Position numbers and translations under genes: made by a program | Origin: Candidatus Sumerlaeia bacterium | GTDB lineage: Bacteria; Sumerlaeota; Sumerlaeia; SLMS01; JANRJK01 | Direction: 5' to 3' | DNA: 64,000 bases | Assembly: GCA_033764015.1 (NCBI GenBank) | Contig: JANRJK010000017.1 | Location: 64,001-128,000 of the forward strand | The notes under the pieces: generated by a model | What the model was told of the DNA's origin: nothing | Database searches by the model: none | Seen by the model: the letters and a program-made list of their open reading frames with translations, nothing else | Part shown: in pieces, positions 11,183 to 21,382 of the stretch | How the letters are laid out: every line of letters starts with the position of its first letter | Position numbering within the stretch: position 1 is the stretch's first letter

Positions 11183-12421
11183 CTAAATCCCATCGCCGTG
11201 GTCGGCGAAGAGGGGCGCGGAGCGCAGCTTGTAACCGAGGTACGGCGCGTAGAGCGACGGTTCGAGCAGGAACGAGTCGTGCCCCTTCTCCGAATTCACG
11301 GTGATGTGCTCGTGCGGCACCCCGGCGGATCGAAGCGCCGAGGCGATCTCCGCCTGCTCTTCGGGGTAGAAGCAGACGTCTGAGCTGATCGAGAACAGCA
11401 GCCACGATTGGTGCGCGCACGGGGCGAAGAGCGCCGGCAGGCCGCCGCAGCCCGCCCGCGACGGCACATCCCAGGACTGCCAGGCGTCGAGGATCCGGAG
11501 GTAGGTGTTCGCGTCGAAGCGAGGCGTGAACTTCTTTCCCTGGTGCAGCAGGTACGACTCGATCGGGTGGCGCAGCCGGTAGCGCGCCAGCCGGTCGCCG
11601 GCTTCCACGATTTCGCCGCGGGCGCGGCGCTCCATGAGCGAAAGCGAAACGAACGTCTTGTGGCTGATCATGCGGGCGAGGGCGAGCCCGCGCTCGGGGC
11701 CGGGTCCGCCGTAGTAGTCGCCGCCGCGGAACTCCGGGTCCGACTCGATGGCGAGGATCTGTTCGAGGTTGTGCGCCTTGGCCAGCGAGGTGGCCCGCAG
11801 CCCCGTGGCGATCGGCACCACCAGCTGCGCCCGCCGCGAGTGCCGCAGCGCGAAGTCGACCGCGCAGCAGCCCCCGAGCGAAGCCCCCACCACGGCGTGT
11901 AGCGCGTCGATGCCCAGCTCGTCCAGCAGCCGGGCGTTCGCGTCCACGATGTCTTCGACGGCGAGCGCCGGGAAGCGGCTGCCGTAGGGCTCGCCGCTTT
12001 CCGGGTCGATGCTCGAAGGCCCTGTGCTGCCGTAGCAGCCGCCCGGGTAGTTCGCGCAGATGACGAAGTACCGCGACGTGTCGAGCGCCCTGCCGGGCCC
12101 GATGAAGTCGTCCCACCAGCCCTCGTGGCATTCCGCCGTCCAGAACCGGTTCGCGGGGCCGACCGGATCGTGGCCCGCGGTGTGGTGGCTACCGCTCAGC
12201 GCGTGGAAGAGCAGGATCGCGTTGTCGCGCTGCGGCGAAAGCGTGCCGTGCGTTTCGTACGCGAGCGTGAGCGACTCGAGCGCCCCGCCGTCGCGGAACC
12301 GGAAGGGGCGCGACGGCGCGGCGATGTCGAGGAACCGGGTGCGCGAGAGCGGCGCCGGCTCCGCGGCGGCTCGCGGCGCCCCGGTCCGGAGCGCGGGCTT
12401 CGATTGCGAGAGGGTGGGCAT
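11183..12421 (-). CDS. metX: Homoserine O-acetyltransferase
   Basis: LFHALSGSHH, GGCYGSTGPSS, GASLGG nucleophile, GHDSFL. Confidence 0.93.
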   Translation of the reverse strand: MPTLSQSKPALRTGAPRAAAEPAPLSRTRFLDIAAPSRPFRFRDGGALESLTLAYETHGTLSPQRDNAILLFHALSGSHHTAGHDPVGPANRFWTAECHEGWWDDFIGPGRALDTSRYFVICANYPGGCYGSTGPSSIDPESGEPYGSRFPALAVEDIVDANARLLDELGIDALHAVVGASLGGCCAVDFALRHSRRAQLVVPIATGLRATSLAKAHNLEQILAIESDPEFRGGDYYGGPGPERGLALARMISHKTFVSLSLMERRARGEIVEAGDRLARYRLRHPIESYLLHQGKKFTPRFDANTYLRILDAWQSWDVPSRAGCGGLPALFAPCAHQSWLLFSISSDVCFYPEEQAEIASALRSAGVPHEHITVNSEKGHDSFLLEPSLYAPYLGYKLRSAPLFADHGDGI

Positions 12422-12422
12422 C

Positions 12423-13739
12423 TCAGCCCACCGCCACGCCGGGTGCGCCGACCGCCGCGTGGAGCGCCCGGTCGAGATCGTCGATGATGTCGTCGACGTG
12501 CTCGATGCCGATGGAGAGGCGGATCAGCTCCGGCGCGATGCCGCCGGCGCGCTGCTGCTCCTCCGTGAGCTGGCTGTGCGTCGTCGTCGCCGGGTGGATC
12601 GCGAGGCTCTTCGCGTCGCCCACGTTTGCGAGGTGGCTGAAGAGGCGCAGTGCCTCGATGAAGCGGCGCCCCGCGGCGGCGCCGCCGCGGATGCCGAACA
12701 CCACCATGCCGCCGAAGCCGTGGCGGAGGTACTTCCGCGCGGTCGGGTACGTCGGGTCGTCCTCGAGTCCAGGATATCGAACCCACTGGACGGCGTCGTG
12801 CGCGGCGAGGAAGCGCGCCGCGGCCAGCGCGTTCGAGCTGTGGCGCTCCATGCGCAGCGGAAGCGTTTCGATCCCCTGCAGGAAGGCCCAGGCGTTGTCC
12901 GGCGAGATGCACGCCCCGAGGTTGCGCAGCGGAACGATGCGGGCGCGGACCGCGTAGGCGACGGCGTTGAGGTCGCCGAGGTCGTGGGCGAAACGCAGGC
13001 CGTGGTAGCTGGGGTCGGGCTCGTTGAAGAGCGCGAACTTGGGGTCGGTCCAATCGAATCGGCCGCTGTCCACCAGCACGCCGCCGATGCCGGTGCCGTG
13101 GCCGCCGAGCCACTTGGTGAGCGAGTTGGCGACGATCGTGGCGCCGTGCTCGATCGGACGCAGCAGGTAGGGGGTCGCGAAGGTGTTGTCGACGACGAGG
13201 GGCAGGTTGTGCGCCTGCGCGATATCGGCGATGGCGTCGAAGTCCGGGACGTTCAGCGCGGGATTGCCGCAGGACTCCACGAACAGTGCGCGGGTCCGCG
13301 GCGTGATGGCGCGGGCGAAGTTCTCCGGGTCGCGGGGATCGACGAAGCGCGTCGCGATGCCGAACTGCGGATGGATCGCGTCGAACATCGTGTAGCTGCC
13401 GCCGTAGAGGTCGTTGGCGGAGACGATCTCGTCGCCGGCGCGCGCGAGGTTGATGATGGCGTAGTGGATGGCGCTGGTGCCGGAGGCGAGCGCGACCGCG
13501 GCGGCGCCGCCCTCAAGCGCCGCGACGCGCTCCTCGAGGACCGCGTTCGTCGGGTTCGTGAGGCGCGAGTAGATGTTGCCGAGCTCCTTGAGCGCGAACA
13601 GGTTCGCGGCGTGCTCGGTGTCGCGGAACGTGTAGCTGGAGGTGCGGTAGACGGGCACCGCGCGCGAGTGCGTCGCGCTGTCCGGGGAGTAGCCCGCGTG
13701 GATGCACTGCGTCTCGAAGCGGAAGGCGTCCTGGCCCAT
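12423..13739 (-). CDS. metY: O-acetylhomoserine aminocarboxypropyltransferase
   Basis: GNIYSRLTNPT, SLTKWLGGHG, HLANVGDAKSLAIHPATTTH. Confidence 0.95.
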   Translation of the reverse strand: MGQDAFRFETQCIHAGYSPDSATHSRAVPVYRTSSYTFRDTEHAANLFALKELGNIYSRLTNPTNAVLEERVAALEGGAAAVALASGTSAIHYAIINLARAGDEIVSANDLYGGSYTMFDAIHPQFGIATRFVDPRDPENFARAITPRTRALFVESCGNPALNVPDFDAIADIAQAHNLPLVVDNTFATPYLLRPIEHGATIVANSLTKWLGGHGTGIGGVLVDSGRFDWTDPKFALFNEPDPSYHGLRFAHDLGDLNAVAYAVRARIVPLRNLGACISPDNAWAFLQGIETLPLRMERHSSNALAAARFLAAHDAVQWVRYPGLEDDPTYPTARKYLRHGFGGMVVFGIRGGAAAGRRFIEALRLFSHLANVGDAKSLAIHPATTTHSQLTEEQQRAGGIAPELIRLSIGIEHVDDIIDDLDRALHAAVGAPGVAVG

Positions 13740-13762
13740 TGCGCGTCCCTTTCCGGGTGAAA

Positions 13763-13782
13763 GTGTTTAGGATATTAAACAC
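13763..13782. promoter_or_regulatory. AT-rich palindrome, candidate operator of metY-metX
   Basis: GTGTTTA-N6-TAAACAC about 23 nt upstream of the metY start. Confidence 0.5.
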
Positions 13783-13806
13783 ACTGGACGCTCCCCGCAA
13801 GTAGAA

Positions 13807-13833
13807 GCGCCGCGCCCCGGAAGGGCGCGGCGC
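13807..13833 (-). terminator. GC-rich hairpin, probable terminator
   Basis: GCGCCGCGCCC-cggaa-GGGCGCGGCGC followed by TTCTACTT on the minus strand. Confidence 0.55.
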
Positions 13834-13869
13834 GATAAAGCGTTCCATCGGGGCGGCCCTCCCGGGCGC

Positions 13870-14331
13870 CTACTCCCGGTCCCGCCGGCCCGCGTGCCGC
13901 GTGTGGTAGTGCCAGTTGGTCGAGGCGAGGAAGTACACGAACGCCAGCGGGCTCGCGGCGGTCGCGAGGCCGGTGCCGAAGCGCGCCCACCAGCCCGGCG
14001 CCTGCTCCTGGTGCACGTAGCCGACCACCGCCGCCGCCGCCGCGCCGAGCGCCAGAAGCCACAGCCCGACGCTCCGCGCCAGCGCGGCGTCCGCAAGGCG
14101 CTCCGACGGCGACACTCCGCGCCACGGATGGAAGAAGCCGGCGACCGCCGCCCCCGCCGCCGCCGCCAGCGCGCCCTCGAAGAAGCTCTGCTCGAGGAAC
14201 GGACGCGCCTCCGCCCGGTTCAGCACCACGCTCGACGCCCACGCCAGCGCGAACACAACTCCACCCGCGAGGAACGTCTGTCCCCATCGCTGGTGGAATT
14301 CGTCGCGGGCGGTGTCGAAAGATTCGTCCAT
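13870..14331 (-). CDS. Hypothetical membrane protein
   Basis: About 4 hydrophobic segments; start MDESFDTARD. Confidence 0.55.
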   Translation of the reverse strand: MDESFDTARDEFHQRWGQTFLAGGVVFALAWASSVVLNRAEARPFLEQSFFEGALAAAAGAAVAGFFHPWRGVSPSERLADAALARSVGLWLLALGAAAAAVVGYVHQEQAPGWWARFGTGLATAASPLAFVYFLASTNWHYHTRHAGRRDRE

Positions 14332-14427
14332 GATTCGTCCAAGCCTGCCGTCCGCCGTTGCCACCGTCAACCTCATATCCGATGCTGGCTGTATGCCTTG
14401 CCCGCCACCCTCGAACGGGACCGATCC

Positions 14428-15795
14428 ATGAGCCGCCTCCGCTCGCTTTCCACGGCACTCTCAATGCTCGCCGCCCTCGCCGCCGCCCCCGCGCAGGACG
14501 CGGCGCCGGCGCCCGAAACCGCCGCCGACCTCCCCGCGGTCTCGCAGGCGCTCGTCTCCGGCCTGTTCAACGGCGGAGCCGTCGAGCTGCACGGGCGCTT
14601 CGACGACACGATGAAGGCCGCGCTCCCGCCGCAACGCCTCGGCTCCATGGTGCCCGAGCTGGTGCGCGCCTACGGAGCTTTCCAGCGGGCGGACACCGCG
14701 ACGGCCGCCCCGCTCGAACAGGGCGGCGTCCAGTACACACTCGTCCGCTTTCCGCTCGTTTTCGAGAAGGGCGAGCTCGAAGCGCGCGTGTCCTGGGCCG
14801 GCTCGGAGGGCGCCTTCCTGATCTCGGGCCTCTTCTTCGCCCCGCCGGCGGCGCGCGCGGACAGCCCGGACTCGCTCCCGCCCTACGCCGTGCCCGCAAA
14901 CCTCGTCGAGCACGCGGTCGAGGTGAACGGCCTCACCGGGCGCTTGACGTTGCCCAAGACCGCCACCGCGGAGTCGCCGGTGCCCGCTGTGGTGCTGATC
15001 CACGGCAGCGGCCCGAACGACATGGACGGCAAGATCGGGCCGAACAGGCCGCTGCGCGACCTCGCGCTCGGGCTCGGCACTTACGGGGTGGCGGTGCTGC
15101 GATACCACAAGCGCACCTACGAGGCCCCCGGAACGCTTTCACAGGTCGAGCGCCTCACGCTCCGCGACGAGGTCGAGGCGGACGCGCTCGCCGCGCTCGA
15201 ACTGCTGCGCGCGCGCCCCGAGGTGGACGCCGCGCGCGTGTTCATCCTGGGCCACAGCCTCGGCGGCGCGTTGGCGCCCAAGATCGCGGCGGAGGACGGG
15301 CGCACCGCGGGCGTCATCGTCCTCGCCGGAACGGCGCGGATGAGTTATCAGATCGTGCTGGACCAGATCGACGTGGTCGAGGCGTCGCGCGGCCCGGAGA
15401 TCGATCCCTCGGAACGCGCCCAGTTCGAACGCCTCCGCGGGCAGCTCCGCGGCCTTGCGGACGGCACCGCCGAAGATCCCGCGGAAGCGGTCATGGGGGC
15501 GCCGGGCTACTACTGGGACGAGATCATGGCAATCGACACCGCCGGGATCGCGAAGGCGCTGCCGGTGCCCGTCGCGGTCCTTTACGCCGGCAGCGACTAC
15601 CAAGTGCCGCCCACGCAGGCGGAGCTGTGGGGACCCGACTTCCCGCGCAGCGACCGCGACGTGCTGCGCGTGTTCCCCGGCCTGTCGCACTTGATGATGG
15701 CGGGCGCGGAAGGCTCGCCGAAGGACTACGACCTGCGCGGCCACGTCGACAGCCAAGTCGTCGAGGCCATCGCCCTCTTCATCCTCGCCCGCTAG
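14428..15795 (+). CDS. Exported alpha/beta hydrolase with DUF3887-like N-terminal domain
   Basis: Signal peptide; LIHGSGPNDMD, GHSLGG, PGLSHLM. Confidence 0.88.
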   Translation: MSRLRSLSTALSMLAALAAAPAQDAAPAPETAADLPAVSQALVSGLFNGGAVELHGRFDDTMKAALPPQRLGSMVPELVRAYGAFQRADTATAAPLEQGGVQYTLVRFPLVFEKGELEARVSWAGSEGAFLISGLFFAPPAARADSPDSLPPYAVPANLVEHAVEVNGLTGRLTLPKTATAESPVPAVVLIHGSGPNDMDGKIGPNRPLRDLALGLGTYGVAVLRYHKRTYEAPGTLSQVERLTLRDEVEADALAALELLRARPEVDAARVFILGHSLGGALAPKIAAEDGRTAGVIVLAGTARMSYQIVLDQIDVVEASRGPEIDPSERAQFERLRGQLRGLADGTAEDPAEAVMGAPGYYWDEIMAIDTAGIAKALPVPVAVLYAGSDYQVPPTQAELWGPDFPRSDRDVLRVFPGLSHLMMAGAEGSPKDYDLRGHVDSQVVEAIALFILAR

Positions 15796-15961
15796 CCCGC
15801 GGGAGCGCGACCACCGGGGGCGGCCCCGCGGCAGACCACACCTAGCACAGAGTCGGCTGCGAGCACGTCCCCGTGGGGCGTCGCAAGTCGGGTGGCAGCC
15901 TCCACGTCCGCAGGCCCGGCCGTAGGTGCTCATGGCGCGGGTCCGCCGATGGGACCCTGTA

Positions 15962-16000
15962 AGACTCTATCATTGACAACATAAGTCCTCAATAGAGTCT
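15962..16000. promoter_or_regulatory. AT-rich inverted repeat containing TTGACA
   Basis: AGACTCTAT-N21-ATAGAGTCT ending 6 nt before the ATG at 16007. Confidence 0.45.
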
Positions 16001-16006
16001 GTCCCC

Positions 16007-19000
16007 ATGGACACTGTTGCTGTCGGGGCACCGGAGCTGAAGGCCCTGCTACTCACGGACCTCGTGGGTTCGACGCAGCTTGTCGAGTCGGTCGGGGATG
16101 CGGAGGCGGCGCGGCTTGGAGCGCTCCACGATGCGGCGGCGAGGTCGCTGTTGGCGGGTTTCACGGCCCGCGAGATCGACAAGACGGACGGCTTCCTCTT
16201 CCTGTTCGACCGCGCGGCGGACGCGTTGCGCTTCGCACTCGCGTACCACGCGGCGCTCCGCGGCCTCTCCGCGGATTCGGGGCGCCGCCTCGAGGCGCGC
16301 GTGGGGATCCATTTGGGTGAGGTGTACCTGCGGGCGAATCCCCCGGCGGACGTGGCGCGGGGCGCGAAGCCGTTCGAGGTGGAGGGTCTGGCGAAGCCGC
16401 TCGCTGCGCGGGTGATGTCGCTCGCGGAGGGCGGCCAGACGCTGTTGACGCGCGGGGCGTTCGACATGTGCCGCCGCGCGGTGGTGGGGGACGCATCATT
16501 CCCCCCGGGGCTCCAGTGGGTGGCCCATGGACCCTACCTTCTCAAGGGGGTGGAGGAGCCGGTCGACATTTTCGAGGCGGGGGAGGCCGGAGTGTCCCCG
16601 TTGCGGCCGCCCGCCGACAGCACGAAAGCGCGCCGGGCGCTACGTCCCGGCGAGGAGGAACTGCTAGGGTGGCGCCCCGCTCCCGGCGGGCAGGTGCCAG
16701 GTCGGCCGGGGTGGGCGCTGGACCGGAAACTCGGCGAGGGCGGATACGGCGAGGTCTGGCTGGCGCACTTCGCCAAGACGCGCGACCAGCGGGTCTTCAA
16801 GTTCTGCTTCGACCCGGACAGGGTCCGCGGGCTCAAGCGCGAGGTGACGCTTTTCCGCGTCCTCCGCGAGGTGCTGGGGGACCGGAAGGACATCGCCCGG
16901 ATCCTCGAGTGGAACTTCGAGCGGCCGCCTTACTTCATCGAGAGCGAGTTCACCCCCGGCGGCTGCCTGGTGGATTGGGCGGCGGGGCGCGGCGGCTTGG
17001 CGGGCATCGCGCTCGACCGGCGCATCGAGTTCGCCGCGGAGGTGGCGGAGGCGCTCGCCGCCGCGCATAGCGTCGGGGTGCTGCACAAGGACATCAAGCC
17101 GTCGAACCTGCTCGTCGCGGAGGACTCGGCCGGGGAGCCGCACGCGCGCCTGGCGGACTTCGGGATCGGGCTGGTGACGGACAGGGCGGTCCTCGCGGTT
17201 GCGGGTGTCACCGGGACGGGATTGAGCGAGGCTTCATTGACCGCGAATGATAGCAGCCGCACCGGCACGCGGCTCTACATGGCGCCGGAGCTGCTCGAGG
17301 GGCGCCCTGCAACCATCCAGTCGGACCTCTACGCGCTCGGCGTGGTCCTCTACCAATTGGCGGCGGGAAGGCTGGGGCATGCGCTGGCGGCAGGCTGGGA
17401 GGCGGACATCGGCGATGCGCTCCTGCGCGAGGACATCGCGGCATGCGTGGCGGGGGATCCGGCGCGCCGTTTGTCATCGGCGGGCGAACTGGCGGCGCGG
17501 CTCCGCGGGCGCCCCGCAAGGCGCCGCGCGCGCCTGCGCCGGAGCGCCGCCCGGGGCGTGGCAGCGGCGGCGGTGCTCCTAGCCGCAATCGCCTCGGGCG
17601 CGCTGTGGACCGCCCATGCGCAATCGCTCCGCGCCACCCGCGAGGCAGCGCTCCGCCTCGAAGCGGAACAAGCCCGCCGCGCCGCCGAGCAGCAGTCCGC
17701 CCTCGTCCTCGAACGCCTCAAGGGTACCTCCGCCTTGGTGGGCTTCACGCTGTCCGACCTGCGGGAGGTGCTCGACCTAGAGCGCGAGCATGACAAGCGG
17801 ATTGCGAAGACCGTCGCGAAGGGAGTCGGCGACTACTACCGCGGCGTCCCGGCGGACGGCCTCGACGAGCGCTCGCGCCTCGAACACGCCGCGCAGCTCG
17901 AATCGGTCTCGCGCGCGTTCCTCGAACTCGGCGTGCTGGAGGACGCGGAGCACCTCGCTTCGGAGTCGCTGCGGCTGCGCCGCGCGTTGCTGGCGCCGGA
18001 CCATCCGGATGCGCTGCGCTCGCGCGCGGCCTTGGCCTCCGTGCTGCGCACGAGGGCCCGGCACCAGGATGCGCTGGAACTTTGCGGCGCATCGCTCGCC
18101 TTGATCGCCGCCAAGCCCGGCGGGGAGCCCTCCGCCGAGTTCGAGCTGCTCTGCGCCCAAGCATCCGTCCTCGAGGACATCCGCGAGTATGGCAAGGCCG
18201 AGGTGATCTTCGAACGCGCGGTTTCCCTGGAAGGGGGCCCGGGGCCGCTCGAGCGCGCCGATGCGCTGCAGTCCCTTGGGGTCCTCCGAATGTGGATGAA
18301 CAAGTTCGACGAAGGCGAGGCCGACCTGCTCGAGGCGCTCCGCCTCACGGAGGCGCATGCCCCGCACGACGAGTTGGCGCTCGCCGCGCGCCGCAACGCC
18401 CTTGGGCTGCTCTACTACTACATGGGCAGGCTCGACGCCGCCCGCGCGCACCTCGAAGAGGCGATCGCGGTCCGCACCCGCCGCCTCGGCGCCGAGCATG
18501 CCTCGACCCTCAGCAGCAAGAACACCCTCGGGTGCGTCCTGGGGCGCGACCCGGCGGACAAGGCGCGCTGCGAGGAAATCTACCGCGAGGTGTTGGCAGG
18601 CTTCGAAGCCGTCTACGGACGCGACCACCCGAACTACGGCCTGATGCACAACAACCTCGGGACGTTCTACGCGAAGGAGGGGCGGCTGGACGAGGCGGAG
18701 CACCACCACCGCGAGGCGCTGGCCGCGCGCATCCGCGCCTACGGGGCGCAGCACGCCACCATCGGCGAGTCGCGATGGCACCCCTACAACATCCACCTGC
18801 GGCGCGGCGACCGCGCGGCGGTCCGCGCCCTCTTCGACGAGGCGGTCGCGACCACCGCCCGCGTGACCGGCGGGGAGAGCCTCGAAACCTGCAACGAGTT
18901 GCTCGAAAGCGCCTCGCGGTTCCTTTCCGCCGACATGTTGGACGATGCGGAACGCGTGTCCATGCGCGCCACGGAATTGGCAGTGTCCCGCTACCCCGAG

Positions 19001-19597
19001 GCGCAACCCTGGGCCTTCAGCAGCGGCTCGCATATCCAGTCCGCCCGCGGCTGCCACGAGGACGCGGAACGGTTGATCCTGGCCGCCATCGACGCACACC
19101 TCCGCCATCCGAAGGGCGGCAGCCTTCCGGACCTTTACCGTTCGCTGGCGTTGGTGAAGGAGGCGCAAGGGGACTTCGCGGCTGCCGATGCCGCCTTCGA
19201 GTTCGCGCTGGCGCACAACCAGGCGAGCCTAAACTTCGAGCCCCGGATATCCGTGCTGCACATCGAGCGCTACCTCGCGGAGTTCAAGGCTCGGCGCGGC
19301 GACTTCGAAGCGGCCCACTGGCTGCTGGGACATGCGCTGGCGGAGTGCCGGCGCCAGATCGGCCCTTCCAACGTCACTACGCGCGAGATGATCGAGGCGC
19401 TATTGCTTGTGGGGGAGCAGCAGGCGGCAGCCGCGTCGACTCCGGAGGCCGCCGGGGAGGCGTGGCGCGAGGTGCTCCTGACACTTGGCGAGATCGACAT
19501 GTCATGGCTAACCGCCGCGGGGCGTGAGCGCTATGGGAAGGCGCAGGCGTCGACCGCGCCTCAGCCGGCCGCTGGCATCGCGGACTCCTCCGGCTGA
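16007..19597 (+). CDS. Class III nucleotide cyclase-like domain + Ser/Thr kinase + TM + TPR protein (paralog 1)
   Basis: LLLTDLVGST/EIDKTDGF/RVGIHLGEV; GEGGYGEVW, HKDIKPSN, DFG, YMAPE; TM helix; kinesin-light-chain-like TPRs (LGAEHASTL, YGRDHPNY). Confidence 0.9.
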   Translation: MDTVAVGAPELKALLLTDLVGSTQLVESVGDAEAARLGALHDAAARSLLAGFTAREIDKTDGFLFLFDRAADALRFALAYHAALRGLSADSGRRLEARVGIHLGEVYLRANPPADVARGAKPFEVEGLAKPLAARVMSLAEGGQTLLTRGAFDMCRRAVVGDASFPPGLQWVAHGPYLLKGVEEPVDIFEAGEAGVSPLRPPADSTKARRALRPGEEELLGWRPAPGGQVPGRPGWALDRKLGEGGYGEVWLAHFAKTRDQRVFKFCFDPDRVRGLKREVTLFRVLREVLGDRKDIARILEWNFERPPYFIESEFTPGGCLVDWAAGRGGLAGIALDRRIEFAAEVAEALAAAHSVGVLHKDIKPSNLLVAEDSAGEPHARLADFGIGLVTDRAVLAVAGVTGTGLSEASLTANDSSRTGTRLYMAPELLEGRPATIQSDLYALGVVLYQLAAGRLGHALAAGWEADIGDALLREDIAACVAGDPARRLSSAGELAARLRGRPARRRARLRRSAARGVAAAAVLLAAIASGALWTAHAQSLRATREAALRLEAEQARRAAEQQSALVLERLKGTSALVGFTLSDLREVLDLEREHDKRIAKTVAKGVGDYYRGVPADGLDERSRLEHAAQLESVSRAFLELGVLEDAEHLASESLRLRRALLAPDHPDALRSRAALASVLRTRARHQDALELCGASLALIAAKPGGEPSAEFELLCAQASVLEDIREYGKAEVIFERAVSLEGGPGPLERADALQSLGVLRMWMNKFDEGEADLLEALRLTEAHAPHDELALAARRNALGLLYYYMGRLDAARAHLEEAIAVRTRRLGAEHASTLSSKNTLGCVLGRDPADKARCEEIYREVLAGFEAVYGRDHPNYGLMHNNLGTFYAKEGRLDEAEHHHREALAARIRAYGAQHATIGESRWHPYNIHLRRGDRAAVRALFDEAVATTARVTGGESLETCNELLESASRFLSADMLDDAERVSMRATELAVSRYPEAQPWAFSSGSHIQSARGCHEDAERLILAAIDAHLRHPKGGSLPDLYRSLALVKEAQGDFAAADAAFEFALAHNQASLNFEPRISVLHIERYLAEFKARRGDFEAAHWLLGHALAECRRQIGPSNVTTREMIEALLLVGEQQAAAASTPEAAGEAWREVLLTLGEIDMSWLTAAGRERYGKAQASTAPQPAAGIADSSG

Positions 19598-19644
19598 AGG
19601 GTCGCTGGAGCGCTACGCTCCGACCGGAGCATTCCGGGTGGCCG

Positions 19645-19959
19645 CTATTCGTCCAGCTTCCGCGGCTTGCGCGCGGCGATGTCGGGGCCGAGTTCGCTCT
19701 TGCGGGCCTCCCGCCAGGAACCCAGCTCCGCGACCAGTTCCTTGGCGGAGCGCACCTCGCCCCCTTCGCGGCGGTCGTGCTCCCGCTGGATCGAGCCTTT
19801 GACGGTGCCGCCCTTGACGGTGAAGGAGGGGGAATCCGGGATGCCGCGCGCCATGGGCCCGCCGCACGCATGGCAGGCAACCGCGGGCGACTCCTTGATG
19901 GAGTGGCGCACTTCGCGCACAGCGCCGCAGGCCGGGCAGTGGTAGTCGTAAAGGATCAT
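19645..19959 (-). CDS. FmdB-family zinc-ribbon protein
   Basis: MILYDYHCPACG...CHACGG. Confidence 0.8.
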   Translation of the reverse strand: MILYDYHCPACGAVREVRHSIKESPAVACHACGGPMARGIPDSPSFTVKGGTVKGSIQREHDRREGGEVRSAKELVAELGSWREARKSELGPDIAARKPRKLDE

Positions 19960-20071
19960 GGTGGAGAACCGCTTGGCGAACTCGGTGCCAAGAGCGGGCC
20001 CCATCGCGGTTGACCGCTTTATCGCGTCGCAGCACCCTTCAAGCATCCCCGTCCACGCAGGCATTCCGAGC

Positions 20072-21361
20072 ATGACCCCACCGCGCCGCCCGATGCACCC
20101 CCAGACGCAGATGCTGATGGCGGGCTACGACCCGCAACTCAGCGAAGGCTCCGTGGTCCCGCCGCTCTTCCGCACCAGCACGTTCGTCTTCCGCAGCGCC
20201 GCGGACGGCAAGCGCGCGTTCCAGCTCGCCTACGGCCTGGACGAGGCGGCGCCCGGCGAGATCCCCGCGCTGATCTACACGCGCGTGAACAACCCGAACG
20301 TAAACATCGTCGAAGACCGCATCGTGGCATGGGACGGCGCGGAGGCTGCGGCCCTGTTCTCCTCCGGCATGGGCGCGATCGCGTGCGCGTGCTTCACGCA
20401 CCTCCGCCCGGGGGACTCGCTCCTGTTCGCCGATCCAGTCTACGGCGGCACCGAGTACCTGTTCCGGCACAGCCTTCCCGAGTTCGGCATCCAAGCGGTC
20501 CCGTACCCCGCCGGCTCGAAGATCGAGGTCGTGCGCGAGATGGCCGCCGGGATGAAGAACCTCAAGATGATCTACATGGAGACCTGCGCGAACCCGAGCT
20601 CGGTGCTGAACGACATCGCGGCCGCCGCGCAGCTCGCGGCGGAGCTCGACCCCCGCCCGCTCGTGGTGGTCGACAACACCTACCTCGGGCCGGTCTTCTG
20701 CCAACCGATCCGCCTCGGCGCGGACATCGTGGTGTACTCCGCGACGAAATTCATCGGCGGCCATAGCGACCTGATCGCGGGGTTCGCGCTCGGGCGGCGG
20801 AGCGTGGTGACGCCGATGCTCGGCACCCGCACGATCTTCGGCGCATGTCCCGACCCGGAGACCGCGTGGCTGATCTGCCGCTCGCTCGGGACGCTGCGCC
20901 TGCGCATGGAGAAGCAGGCGGAGTCCGCCGCGCGCGTCGCGCGCTTCCTCCAGTCGGACCCGCGCGTGAAGGACGTCTTGTTCCCCGGCCTCGACTGCAT
21001 GGGCACCGACCAGGTGGAGCTTTACCAGCGCCAGTGCAGCGGCCCCGGTTCCGTCATGTCGTTCACTGTCGAAGGGGGCGAGCGCGAGGCGTTCGCGGTG
21101 CTCGACAACCTCCGCGTGTTCCACCTCGCCGTGAGCTTGGGCGGCATCGAGTCGCTCGCAGAGCACCCGTACACCATGACCCACGCGGAACTCGACGCGG
21201 AGATCAAGGAGCGCGTGGGCATTTCGCCGGCGCTGGTGCGGATCAGCGTGGGACTGGAGGACGTCGACGACCTGGTCGCGGACCTGCGGCAGGCGCTGGA
21301 CGCCATGGAGCGCATGGTCGCCCGCGACCGCTCCGAGGAGCTGGCAAGCTACAGCATCTGA
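20072..21361 (+). CDS. Cys/Met metabolism PLP enzyme (cystathionine gamma-synthase/methionine gamma-lyase family)
   Basis: YTRVNNPN, DNTY, SATKFIGGHSD, AVSLGGIESL. Confidence 0.9.
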   Translation: MTPPRRPMHPQTQMLMAGYDPQLSEGSVVPPLFRTSTFVFRSAADGKRAFQLAYGLDEAAPGEIPALIYTRVNNPNVNIVEDRIVAWDGAEAAALFSSGMGAIACACFTHLRPGDSLLFADPVYGGTEYLFRHSLPEFGIQAVPYPAGSKIEVVREMAAGMKNLKMIYMETCANPSSVLNDIAAAAQLAAELDPRPLVVVDNTYLGPVFCQPIRLGADIVVYSATKFIGGHSDLIAGFALGRRSVVTPMLGTRTIFGACPDPETAWLICRSLGTLRLRMEKQAESAARVARFLQSDPRVKDVLFPGLDCMGTDQVELYQRQCSGPGSVMSFTVEGGEREAFAVLDNLRVFHLAVSLGGIESLAEHPYTMTHAELDAEIKERVGISPALVRISVGLEDVDDLVADLRQALDAMERMVARDRSEELASYSI

Positions 21362-21382
21362 GCCCCCGCGCGGGGCGGGACC

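Noticed and set aside
13740..13870. SAM riboswitch upstream of metY
   Set aside because: Leader is short and lacks recognisable SAM-I/II cores; the hairpin is better explained as the upstream gene's terminator (an Rfam scan would be decisive).
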